A stretch of DNA of 64,000 nt from an uncultured Bacilli bacterium (GTDB taxonomy: Bacteria; Bacillota_I; Bacilli_A; RF39; UBA660). A model generated the notes under the pieces. That model did not search any database and was not told where the DNA came from. It saw nothing but the letters and a program-made list of their open reading frames with translations. Shown here piece by piece: positions 20,431 to 29,036 of the stretch (position 1 is the first letter of the stretch; every line of letters starts with the position of its first letter). The DNA is taken from NCBI GenBank assembly GCA_944332705.1, contig CALVKM010000004.1, positions 1,243 to 65,242 on the forward strand. The letters run 5' to 3'. The position numbers and the translations under genes were made by a program.

Positions 20431-21183
20431 ATGATAAAAGTAAAAAATGTTACAAAAAAGTTTATTAAAACGAACAAGAAAAAAGAAAAACTAGAATTTA
20501 AGGCAGTTGATAATTTATCATTTGATGTTAAAGATGGCGAAATTCTAGGAATACTTGGACCTAATGGTGCTGGTAAAACAACACTTCTTCGCATGATTGC
20601 GGGTATTATGACACCAAGCGAAGGAGAAATAACTATTGATGATTTAAATTATGAGGAAAATGAAACAGAAATTAAAAAAATGTTAGCTTATTTATCAGGA
20701 AATACTAAAATTTATGATACTTTAAGCCCATATGAATTACTCAAAATGTGTGCAGAAATCTATGATGTTCCCGCAGATGAAATAGATAAAAGAATTAAAG
20801 AAATAAGTAAGATATTAAATATGGATGCATTTTTATATAATAGGATTGAGAAACTTTCAACTGGTCAAACCCAAAGAGTAAATATTGCTAGATGTATGAT
20901 TCACAATCCCAAGTATTATATTTTAGATGAAGCAACTAGTGGTCTTGATATTATAACTAGTCAAATAATTCTAAACTTTATTAAAGATGAAAAAGAAAAG
21001 GGAAAAACCATTCTTTATTCAACCCATTATATGGAAGAAGCCGAAAACATCTGTGATATGATCATTATGATTAATAAAGGAAAAATTATAGCTACTGGTA
21101 CTCCAGATGAAATTAGAAAGATGACTAAAACAAGCAACTTAAGAGATGCATTCTTTAGTTTAGTGGGGGATATTCATGAATAA
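20431..21183 (+). CDS. ABC transporter ATP-binding protein (NatA-like)
   Basis: GPNGAGKTT, LSTGQTQRV, ILDEATSGLD motifs. Confidence 0.9.
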   Translation: MIKVKNVTKKFIKTNKKKEKLEFKAVDNLSFDVKDGEILGILGPNGAGKTTLLRMIAGIMTPSEGEITIDDLNYEENETEIKKMLAYLSGNTKIYDTLSPYELLKMCAEIYDVPADEIDKRIKEISKILNMDAFLYNRIEKLSTGQTQRVNIARCMIHNPKYYILDEATSGLDIITSQIILNFIKDEKEKGKTILYSTHYMEEAENICDMIIMINKGKIIATGTPDEIRKMTKTSNLRDAFFSLVGDIHE

Positions 21184-22321
21184 AACATTATTAATACTTA
21201 AAAAAGAATTAAGAGAAGTATTTCGGGATAAGAAATCTTTAGCTATGATGCTGATAATTCCAGTTTTAATACCTTTAATAATTATTGGTATGTCAGCATT
21301 ATTTGAAAGTGAAACAAATACCGATGTTAATACTTATAATAAAATTGGTTTTAATTATGAACTTAGTGATATAGAATTAGAAATATTGGATTCATTAGAA
21401 ATAGATTATAGCATTAATGATACCGAAGACTTAGAAGAGGAATTTAACAAACAAGAAATAAACTCTTATATAACTAAAGAAAATAATCATTATGTTATTA
21501 ATTATGATTCTGCTAACATTGAAAGTTCTGGTAGTGCCTCTTTGGCGGAATCTTTCTTAGAAACTTACAAAAGTGTATTAGAAGAAAATTATTTATCAAA
21601 CAATAATGTAGATATATCGGAATTTAATAATTTATTAACATATGAAGAAAAAACACAAGAACAACAAAATTATTTTGCTAATTATATTGTCAATTACGCC
21701 TTTTTATTTATTTTAATGGCTATAACAGTCTCTGCAACATATCCCGCAACAGATGCAACTGCTGGTGAAAAAGAAAGAGGTACATTAGAAACATTACTTA
21801 CATTCCCAATTAAAAGTAAAGATATAATCATTGGAAAATTATTAAGTGTAACATTATCATCAATAATCACTGGTGTTCTTGGTTTAATATTATCAGTTCT
21901 AGCTATTATATATGTTGGTAATACTTATGATATATATAGTGGTACTGAGTTACTTAATGCACCGATTATTATTTATGCTCTTATTATTATAATTGCTTAT
22001 TCAATAATGATTAGTGGTTTATGTATTGCTATTGCTAGTATGTCTGCATCTTTTAAAGAAGCTCAAAGTGCTTTAACTCCACTGACATTTATTGCTTTTT
22101 TCCCAGGTATGATTGTATTTATGATTGATATTAGTAATAATGCAATACTATCATTAATTCCATTTATTAACTTTAGTATGATATTTACTGAAGTAACTAA
22201 TAATAATTTAAATATTTTATATTTAATATTAATGTTCATATCAACAATTGTAATTATTACTATAGTTATAACTTATATTATAAGACAATATAAATCAGAA
22301 AAAATACTATTTAATGAATAA
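21176..22321 (+). CDS. ABC-2 type permease (NatB-like)
   Basis: 8-nt overlap with ATPase gene; N-terminal TM, large extracytoplasmic loop, 5 C-terminal TMs. Confidence 0.7.
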   Translation: MNKTLLILKKELREVFRDKKSLAMMLIIPVLIPLIIIGMSALFESETNTDVNTYNKIGFNYELSDIELEILDSLEIDYSINDTEDLEEEFNKQEINSYITKENNHYVINYDSANIESSGSASLAESFLETYKSVLEENYLSNNNVDISEFNNLLTYEEKTQEQQNYFANYIVNYAFLFILMAITVSATYPATDATAGEKERGTLETLLTFPIKSKDIIIGKLLSVTLSSIITGVLGLILSVLAIIYVGNTYDIYSGTELLNAPIIIYALIIIIAYSIMISGLCIAIASMSASFKEAQSALTPLTFIAFFPGMIVFMIDISNNAILSLIPFINFSMIFTEVTNNNLNILYLILMFISTIVIITIVITYIIRQYKSEKILFNE

Positions 22322-22327
22322 AGCAAG

Positions 22328-23197
22328 TCATTTTCGACTTGCTTTTTTAGTTGTTTTTTTAGTTGTTTTTTCTACTATTTCAATATGAGGATATGGTATT
22401 TCAATTCCTTCCTTAGGAAATCTATTTTTAATTATATAGTTTAATTTATACATATTTTCAAAAGCATCACCATTATCACTACCCCATACCCAGGCAGTTA
22501 AAACAACACCAGAATCATCAAGTTCCGACACTCGAACTTTAGGATACTCAACATCTTTATTTATTCCCTTAGGATTTGGATGATATAACTTTTCCAATTC
22601 TTCTTTTAATATAGAAATTGCTTTATCAACATCTGATTCATAGGAAATATTAAAATTTACCAATTTAACATTTTCATTATCACTATAATTAAAATTTTCA
22701 ATTGTATAAGTATTCATTTCTGAGTTAGGAATAACTACTCTACGATTATTAATTGTTCTAATTACTGTATGACGCATTGTTATGTCTTCAACTGTTCCAC
22801 TTACAGCTTTATCAACACATTCAATAAAATCTCCAACTTCATAAGGACTTCCAACAACTATTGCAATACTACCAAAGAAATTTTTCAAACTTTCTTGTGC
22901 AGCAAGGCCAATAACAACTGATCCAATACCTAGTCCAGAAAGTAGTGTTACTGAAAAAGAATTAAAAACATCAAATTCAAATAAGCAGGTAAGAATAGCT
23001 ACAGCATATATTACTATCTTTTTTATTCTTTTAATAAATAATAATAATGTAGTTATATTTTTCTTTCTTTTAATTCTAATTGTTTTATTAATAATTTTAT
23101 CAATTGCTAAATTAATAATATAAGATATTACTAAAATAATAATTACTGCAATTATTTTATCTAAATAATTATCTAAAAATTTTTGCATTAAAAGCAC
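22328..23197 (-). CDS. Small-conductance mechanosensitive channel (MscS family)
   Basis: Three N-terminal TMs then beta-domain GDFIECVDKAVSGTVEDITMRHTVIRT typical of MscS. Confidence 0.8.
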   Translation of the reverse strand: MLLMQKFLDNYLDKIIAVIIILVISYIINLAIDKIINKTIRIKRKKNITTLLLFIKRIKKIVIYAVAILTCLFEFDVFNSFSVTLLSGLGIGSVVIGLAAQESLKNFFGSIAIVVGSPYEVGDFIECVDKAVSGTVEDITMRHTVIRTINNRRVVIPNSEMNTYTIENFNYSDNENVKLVNFNISYESDVDKAISILKEELEKLYHPNPKGINKDVEYPKVRVSELDDSGVVLTAWVWGSDNGDAFENMYKLNYIIKNRFPKEGIEIPYPHIEIVEKTTKKTTKKASRK

Positions 23198-23232
23198 TCT
23201 CCTTTTAAATAATTATAACAAGTAAAAAGTAT

Positions 23233-23826
23233 TTAATCAATCTTAAATACTTTTTTTACAATTATACTCAATAAATAAGCAACAATTACCATTATTCCAA
23301 CAGTAATTAAACTACTTGGATTTTTGAAGCTTTCAATAAGCCCTGTTCCAACTTCTCCCCAGAAATATACTAAAAATATTTTGCTGATAAGTAATGATAT
23401 CAAAAACTTTTTAAAATCCATTTTTACTAAACCTGCTGCAACATTCATCATAAAAGCAGGAGTAAATGGTATAGCCATAATGACTGTTATTTTAGGTAAT
23501 GATAAATCTTTAAAATATTCAATACATCTATTTAATAAATCAATATCTTTTATCTTTTTTAAAACATAACTGCTTAAAAACTTCTTAACTAAAAAATAAG
23601 ACAAAATACATCCTAAAATTGTACATACCCAGGATATAATAAACCCAAGGAAATGTCCAAAAGCTAAATAATTAAGCGTTATGAAAACAAATAAAGGTAA
23701 AACCGGTATTATTGATTCAATTACTATTAATAGCGAACCAAATAATGGACCATAGACACCCAAAGCATCTATTGTATTCATTATTAAATCATAAAAATCT
23801 TTAAATAAATCTCCCATAAAAACCAC
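23233..23826 (-). CDS. TVP38/TMEM64 (DedA-related, SNARE-associated) membrane protein
   Basis: 197 aa polytopic protein with the family's typical topology and PFTPAFMMNVAAG motif. Confidence 0.65.
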   Translation of the reverse strand: MVFMGDLFKDFYDLIMNTIDALGVYGPLFGSLLIVIESIIPVLPLFVFITLNYLAFGHFLGFIISWVCTILGCILSYFLVKKFLSSYVLKKIKDIDLLNRCIEYFKDLSLPKITVIMAIPFTPAFMMNVAAGLVKMDFKKFLISLLISKIFLVYFWGEVGTGLIESFKNPSSLITVGIMVIVAYLLSIIVKKVFKID

Positions 23827-23877
23827 TATTATTAGTATAATACAAAATAGAAAAAAATACTATCTATTTTAAGTTGC

Positions 23878-24132
23878 TTAGTGTATAACTTGTGTAACAT
23901 CATAGCCAAAATACTCAAGCATAGCTACAACTTTTCTACTTAATACCCCTTTATTACAAATAATATAGTATTTATTATGTCTATCTAATAATACTTTGTG
24001 ATTCATGAGTAGTTTATCAGCATAGACATTTTTACTATTAGGTGTTGGATTTAATTTATAATCTTCAGGATGCTGAACATCTATTAAAATTCCCATACTT
24101 GGGTTATATTCACTTAATTTAATCTTTTTCAT
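23878..24132 (-). CDS. Single-domain rhodanese-like protein
   Basis: 84 aa with CNKGVLS active-site loop pattern. Confidence 0.6.
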   Translation of the reverse strand: MKKIKLSEYNPSMGILIDVQHPEDYKLNPTPNSKNVYADKLLMNHKVLLDRHNKYYIICNKGVLSRKVVAMLEYFGYDVTQVIH

Positions 24133-24154
24133 ATAATATCACAATGTATTATAT

Positions 24155-24182
24155 GAAAAAAAATACCTAATGTTTAGGTATT
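24155..24182 (-). terminator. Rho-independent terminator ending the T4SS operon
   Basis: AATACCTAA-ACA-TTAGGTATT hairpin on minus strand overlapping the stop codon, followed by T8. Confidence 0.7.
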
Positions 24183-26388
24183 ATTCATCATCATCCCCGA
24201 AGAAATCATCAAAAAATTCATCATCACTTATTACGTTATCATCAATAACTTTACTATCTGAATCAACATTTATTATTGGTTTCTTTTCTTCAACTTTCGG
24301 TTCTACTTTTAGTTCTTCAACTGAATTATTTTCTATTGGTTTTATGATAGTATTATTACTATTTAAAGGGCTAAAAGGATTTTTATCTAGTCTTTCTTCA
24401 GCAATTGGTTCAACCTTTTTCTTAGGCATTGCTACTTCATCACTTAAACTAAATAATGGATTGTTACTGACTTGTTTCTTTTCAGCTTCCTTACGGTCTA
24501 ATTCTTTAAACTTTTCATCTAGATCTTTAAGTAGAGAATCAATATCCATTCCTCCCATCGGAGGATTTTGTCTTTGGTTTTGATTAAAGCCACCGAAAGG
24601 ATTTGGTTGGTTATTAGGTCTAAATGGGTTATTACCTCTGAATGGATTATCTCCCAAGTTAGCCATTCTCTTGCTCTTTTCTTCAGTTACAAATTTTTTC
24701 AAATCAAATATTTCAACTTTTCTTTGAACACGATTTGGATATGGTTCTTCAATTCGCTCAATTCCCCAATCCATTTTAAAGTCTGGTTCTAATTTAGTTC
24801 TAAATGGACTCATTCTAAGTCTAATAATTATGGCTTCAAATAACTTCATCTTTTGTAAGTCTGTAATTGAAATTAAAGGTCTTGTTGCATTTTTATCTTT
24901 ATCATCAGTTACTTTTACTTCTCCACACATCTTAGAAATTTCTTCCAAAGCTTTCATTTCTGTAGAAATTAAATATACTATATTACCACAGTTACCTTTG
25001 ATAATTTCCGCAACATTGTCACCATAAACATCATTAAGTTGGGCAAAGTTTTGAATGATAAAGGTAAAACGAATATCTCTACTTCTAGCAGCTGATACCA
25101 TAGCATCAACATCTTTAAGTGGTGGCATATTAGCAAATTCATCAAGAATAAAATTAGTTCTAACAGGAAGTTTACCACCATTTTCTTGGGCTGCATCAAT
25201 TAAAGTTTCATAACATTGTTTAATAAATATTGTCATTAAACTATGATATGTTTTCTTTTCATCATGAATAATCATAAATATAGCTGTTTTACCATCACCA
25301 ATAGACCGCATATCAAAGTCGCTATAAGATAGCATTTCACTTAAAGCTTCTCCGGTAGAGAATTTTCTTATTTTTTGTCTAAATGTTGCAAGTTGTCCAC
25401 CTTTTGTATCAGTTGGAGCATTAATAACTGATGAGGCAAAAATATATTCATTTGATGTTTCGCCCTTCATAGTGAAATATTCTTTAATATAATTACTTGT
25501 AGCATATCTCTCTTCCCCAACAGTACTCATCGCATTAATACTATTTAAATTAACTTCCTCTTCCTTAGCGTCTTTAAATAAACCTAATGCTAAACCAGAG
25601 AAATAGTCCGCAGAAGATTTTTCCCAAAAATCTGATTCTGATTTGTTACTAGGATCATATAATATGTTTAATGCTACGTCATCTAGTAATTCTATTGCTT
25701 TGTCTTGATTACCACTTTTATAGTATTTATATGGCAATGTTAGAGGATTCCATGAATTACCTTTTAATGGTTCACGAAAATTTAAAACTATTATATTGTA
25801 TCCTTTACTACGTAGATACGCGGCACTATATTTATATATTTCACCTTTAGGGTCAGTAATAATCATACTTTCGCCCTTTTTAGCGAGTAAATTAACCATT
25901 GGTTTTACTATTGTTTGAGTTTTACCACTACCGGTAGAACCAATTACTAAATTATGGTATTCACCATTATCAACAAACATTTCTTTACCATTATTTATAA
26001 GGGGTATTCCTGCAGCATCTAAAGTTTCACTTTGAGGAATTACTTTAACAACATCTGGTTGACTTTTTATATCTTTTTCACTCGACCATTTTGAATAACC
26101 ATCACTAGATTTTTCTTTTAATTTAATACCAATTCCATGACTACCTTTTTCTCTTTTAAAAATATAAGACGAAACACTAGTAAAGATTGCTACTAAAGAA
26201 GCAATAAATAATAATAATGTTAATGGTAAATATTTACCTGTAAAAGCTCTAAAAGGAAGCAAACCATAAAAAGTACCATCTTGAGCAAGTGATGATATAT
26301 TTAATACTGCAATAGCACATAAATAAAGTAGTAAGACACAATAAATACAAAATAGTAAAAAATCTTTAGGTTCTACTTTAAATTTCAT
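24181..26388 (-). CDS. Type IV coupling protein (VirD4/TraG family) with 2 N-terminal TMs and long NPF-repeat/acidic tail
   Basis: GSTGSGKTQT Walker A, FILDEFANMPP Walker B, FIIQNFAQL..YG TraG-D_C pattern; two N-terminal hydrophobic helices. Confidence 0.85.
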   Translation of the reverse strand: MKFKVEPKDFLLFCIYCVLLLYLCAIAVLNISSLAQDGTFYGLLPFRAFTGKYLPLTLLLFIASLVAIFTSVSSYIFKREKGSHGIGIKLKEKSSDGYSKWSSEKDIKSQPDVVKVIPQSETLDAAGIPLINNGKEMFVDNGEYHNLVIGSTGSGKTQTIVKPMVNLLAKKGESMIITDPKGEIYKYSAAYLRSKGYNIIVLNFREPLKGNSWNPLTLPYKYYKSGNQDKAIELLDDVALNILYDPSNKSESDFWEKSSADYFSGLALGLFKDAKEEEVNLNSINAMSTVGEERYATSNYIKEYFTMKGETSNEYIFASSVINAPTDTKGGQLATFRQKIRKFSTGEALSEMLSYSDFDMRSIGDGKTAIFMIIHDEKKTYHSLMTIFIKQCYETLIDAAQENGGKLPVRTNFILDEFANMPPLKDVDAMVSAARSRDIRFTFIIQNFAQLNDVYGDNVAEIIKGNCGNIVYLISTEMKALEEISKMCGEVKVTDDKDKNATRPLISITDLQKMKLFEAIIIRLRMSPFRTKLEPDFKMDWGIERIEEPYPNRVQRKVEIFDLKKFVTEEKSKRMANLGDNPFRGNNPFRPNNQPNPFGGFNQNQRQNPPMGGMDIDSLLKDLDEKFKELDRKEAEKKQVSNNPLFSLSDEVAMPKKKVEPIAEERLDKNPFSPLNSNNTIIKPIENNSVEELKVEPKVEEKKPIINVDSDSKVIDDNVISDDEFFDDFFGDDDE

Positions 26389-26448
26389 AATTACCTCCCT
26401 TTCTCTTAACTATTATACAACAAATAACCTATTTTTAACAAGAACATC

Positions 26449-27210
26449 TTATAATTTCTTACTTTTAATAACACTTATGATAATAATAACACAAACAAGT
26501 ATGACAAATACTCCCCCAAAAACAAGGAGTTTGTTATCATTTACCCAATTACTAACATCTTCATTTTGTTCATTATCTGAATTACCTGGATTATTTTCTT
26601 CCGGTGATTCAGGTTTGGGATCAGGATTAGTTAAATGTAAAAATTTATAAGTAATATCTATATCTTTTAAATTAGATGGATTTAATTGCCATGTATAGGT
26701 ATTACCACTAACTGTGTCGGCGTTATTACTTAAAATTATAGCATCTCGATCAAAATCTATATTTATAGTTATAGTATTAATTGTATTGTTATAATTAAAT
26801 ATTTTAATACCACTCATTGATAAATAATAATAGTCTTCTGCATCTAAATAACCTACACCGATTGTATTAAAAACAGTATTTAAACTTCTAGCTCTAGAAA
26901 AGTCATCATAATTATAACTAGCTTGATAATTAAATATATAACCAGTATCTAATTCATTATAATTTTTAGTGTAATAATCATTTCCTGTAATTTGACTATA
27001 AGGGTCATAATACAAGTATTCTTGATCAATATAAATTGGATATTCTTCACGGTATAAATTATATAAATATTCTTTGGTTCCATCAGCAGTTGTAGTGTTA
27101 AATACCGTACTTTCTGTAAATGTATCCTCATTTATAGATAAATTATATGATATATCGCAACCAGTTAGTAACATTACTAAAAATACTAATAATATTATTT
27201 TCTTTCCCAT
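26449..27210 (-). CDS. Tyr-rich lipoprotein with additional C-terminal TM anchor (possible VirB8/TcpC-position component)
   Basis: ATG at 27210 directly follows hydrolase stop, with GAGGGA SD; lipobox LLTGC; C-terminal helix LLVFGGVFVILVCVIIIISVI. Confidence 0.45.
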   Translation of the reverse strand: MGKKIILLVFLVMLLTGCDISYNLSINEDTFTESTVFNTTTADGTKEYLYNLYREEYPIYIDQEYLYYDPYSQITGNDYYTKNYNELDTGYIFNYQASYNYDDFSRARSLNTVFNTIGVGYLDAEDYYYLSMSGIKIFNYNNTINTITINIDFDRDAIILSNNADTVSGNTYTWQLNPSNLKDIDITYKFLHLTNPDPKPESPEENNPGNSDNEQNEDVSNWVNDNKLLVFGGVFVILVCVIIIISVIKSKKL

Positions 27211-27211
27211 T

Positions 27212-29032
27212 TTATCCCTCACTAGCACTATTATAATATGAATCTAATCTACGACAAGAATATGGACTTTCATTAAATTTTTTATAACTTAGTTTTACTC
27301 CACCGGTACCATTAGATAAATCTGCTCCAGTAGATTCTGCAACAATATACATACTACTTGCAGTATCTATTCCTACAACTAACATAATGTGACCAGTACT
27401 AACTAAAACATCTCCTGGAGCACATACTGCAGTTGTTGCATTTAGAGGTATTGTATTACTAAGTTCTGTTGCTTGATACATACCACTATTATATTTAGAA
27501 CCAAAGCCATTTATGATTGCCCAGTTAACAAAACCACTACAATCAAAGCCAGACCATTGATAATTCTTTAAACATTTATTTATATCATAACCTTGTGATG
27601 CATAATGATTACAATTGGTACTTGCAGGTTCACCCCAAACAGCATTAGTACCTACATAATCATATTTGCCACCCCATTGATAATTTAGTTTATAACCCAT
27701 ATTAGCTAGGGAACCAATTAAACCCACAGCTACATTAACAACAGCTTCTCTTGTTCCTTCGCCATATTCAGATACTATACCCGCAAGATATGCATCCATT
27801 TCTTCTTTAGTTGTACTATAAGAATTTAATACATTAGCATAAGTTGTGCCATCAGCTATAAATTGTAAATTTTGATATAGTTCATCATTAGGATTAATAG
27901 GATATTCTCCACCAAAAGTAGCATATATGGACATAAGTTTAGAATCACTACCATAAAAATATGTAAATATTTCATCCCTAGTATAACCTTCAGAAGCTGA
28001 TAGATAATATACACCATGTTGACTCATTCCTTGACCATGTGACATATATTCGGGATTATCTAAAAATGCTTGACCAGACCACTGAGCAACGTGTTCATTT
28101 GCCCAAGCAACTGGTATTTCTAATGGTTCACCAGTATCATAATTACCTTGACACATATAATAATAATTATCATCTTTTTCAGTCCAACAAAAAGCATCAT
28201 ACATGGTTGAAAATAATGAACCATCACGAGTTAAAACAAGTCCCCGAGTATTTTGTGTTGCTTGAAGTATCAATTCATCTTCAGTTGGACGAAAAGCCTG
28301 AGCATAATCATTACCTTCAATACTACAATCATCACTATTTTGCAAACGATTTAGGGCATAAGTTCTTGCTGCAATAGCAAATACTTCATAAGTTGTTAAA
28401 TCATTCATCATACCAACTTCTGCTTGAACAACACCCGCAACATATTCTTCTAATGGATATGTTCCATCACTACCAGAGTTTGTATTATATACATATACTT
28501 CCTCACAGACATTATCAAATTCTAAATATTCATAACCATAAAGACCAATGTAAGAATTGTTATTATTATTAACTTCTTCAGAAGATAATGATAATAACAA
28601 AATTAATATTACAAAAAGAAATAATATAATACAAATAGCAAAAAATATAATTGTAGGATTAGATTTAACTAATAATTTTATACTATTCCATATAGATAAT
28701 CCAGAAATTTCAGCAACTCCACTAGTTTCCTTTTTAGAATTTCTGTTTCTAAAAAAGGAAACTATATTAGATAATCTTGAACCTCTAGAAGAGCCTTCGT
28801 TTTCTAGTTCTCCATTATCATCTTCAGATTCTTTAAAATCGCCAGTTGTTTCATCTAAATTAGATTCATTAGTGTCTTCACTATCAACATTTTCTTCTAA
28901 TTCATTTTTTGAAGTTGCATCAATATCCTCTTCGTCTTCATCACTATATTGATTACGATTTAATTCTTCTAGTCTTTTCCTTCTTATTTCTTCTGGATCA
29001 TATAATAATTTATTATTTTTGTTTCCATTCAC
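27212..29032 (-). CDS. Bifunctional cell-wall hydrolase: SpoIID/LytB-like domain + NlpC/P60 peptidase (VirB1 functional analogue)
   Basis: Acidic N-terminus, one TM, YVAGVVQAEVG..FAIAARTYAL..HGQGMSQHG (SpoIID-like) then GFDCSGFVNWA...GHIMLVVG (NlpC/P60 Cys/His). Confidence 0.8.
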   Translation of the reverse strand: MNGNKNNKLLYDPEEIRRKRLEELNRNQYSDEDEEDIDATSKNELEENVDSEDTNESNLDETTGDFKESEDDNGELENEGSSRGSRLSNIVSFFRNRNSKKETSGVAEISGLSIWNSIKLLVKSNPTIIFFAICIILFLFVILILLLSLSSEEVNNNNNSYIGLYGYEYLEFDNVCEEVYVYNTNSGSDGTYPLEEYVAGVVQAEVGMMNDLTTYEVFAIAARTYALNRLQNSDDCSIEGNDYAQAFRPTEDELILQATQNTRGLVLTRDGSLFSTMYDAFCWTEKDDNYYYMCQGNYDTGEPLEIPVAWANEHVAQWSGQAFLDNPEYMSHGQGMSQHGVYYLSASEGYTRDEIFTYFYGSDSKLMSIYATFGGEYPINPNDELYQNLQFIADGTTYANVLNSYSTTKEEMDAYLAGIVSEYGEGTREAVVNVAVGLIGSLANMGYKLNYQWGGKYDYVGTNAVWGEPASTNCNHYASQGYDINKCLKNYQWSGFDCSGFVNWAIINGFGSKYNSGMYQATELSNTIPLNATTAVCAPGDVLVSTGHIMLVVGIDTASSMYIVAESTGADLSNGTGGVKLSYKKFNESPYSCRRLDSYYNSASEG

Positions 29033-29036
29033 TTAC

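Noticed and set aside
24100-24200. Search for an att-type direct repeat of the tRNA-Trp 3' end at the far (left) border of the T4SS cluster
   Set aside because: By eye, nothing resembling GGCGGAGAGAATCGAAC or TGGCAGGGGCGG is present near 24.1 kb or near 40.85 kb. I therefore do not claim a bounded ICE with att sites. A computational repeat search is still needed.
24170-25199. Four short ORFs (24170-24583+, 24568-24792+, 24830-25027+, 24978-25199-) inside the coupling-protein gene
   Set aside because: All are nested within, and out of frame with or antisense to, a 735-aa ORF that has unambiguous VirD4 motifs. They are low-complexity Ser/Leu/Phe translations with no SD.
28039-28952. ORFs 28039-28377+ and 28557-28952+ antisense to the hydrolase gene
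   Set aside because: They are shadow ORFs opposite a well-supported SpoIID/NlpC-P60 coding frame. No start context supports them.
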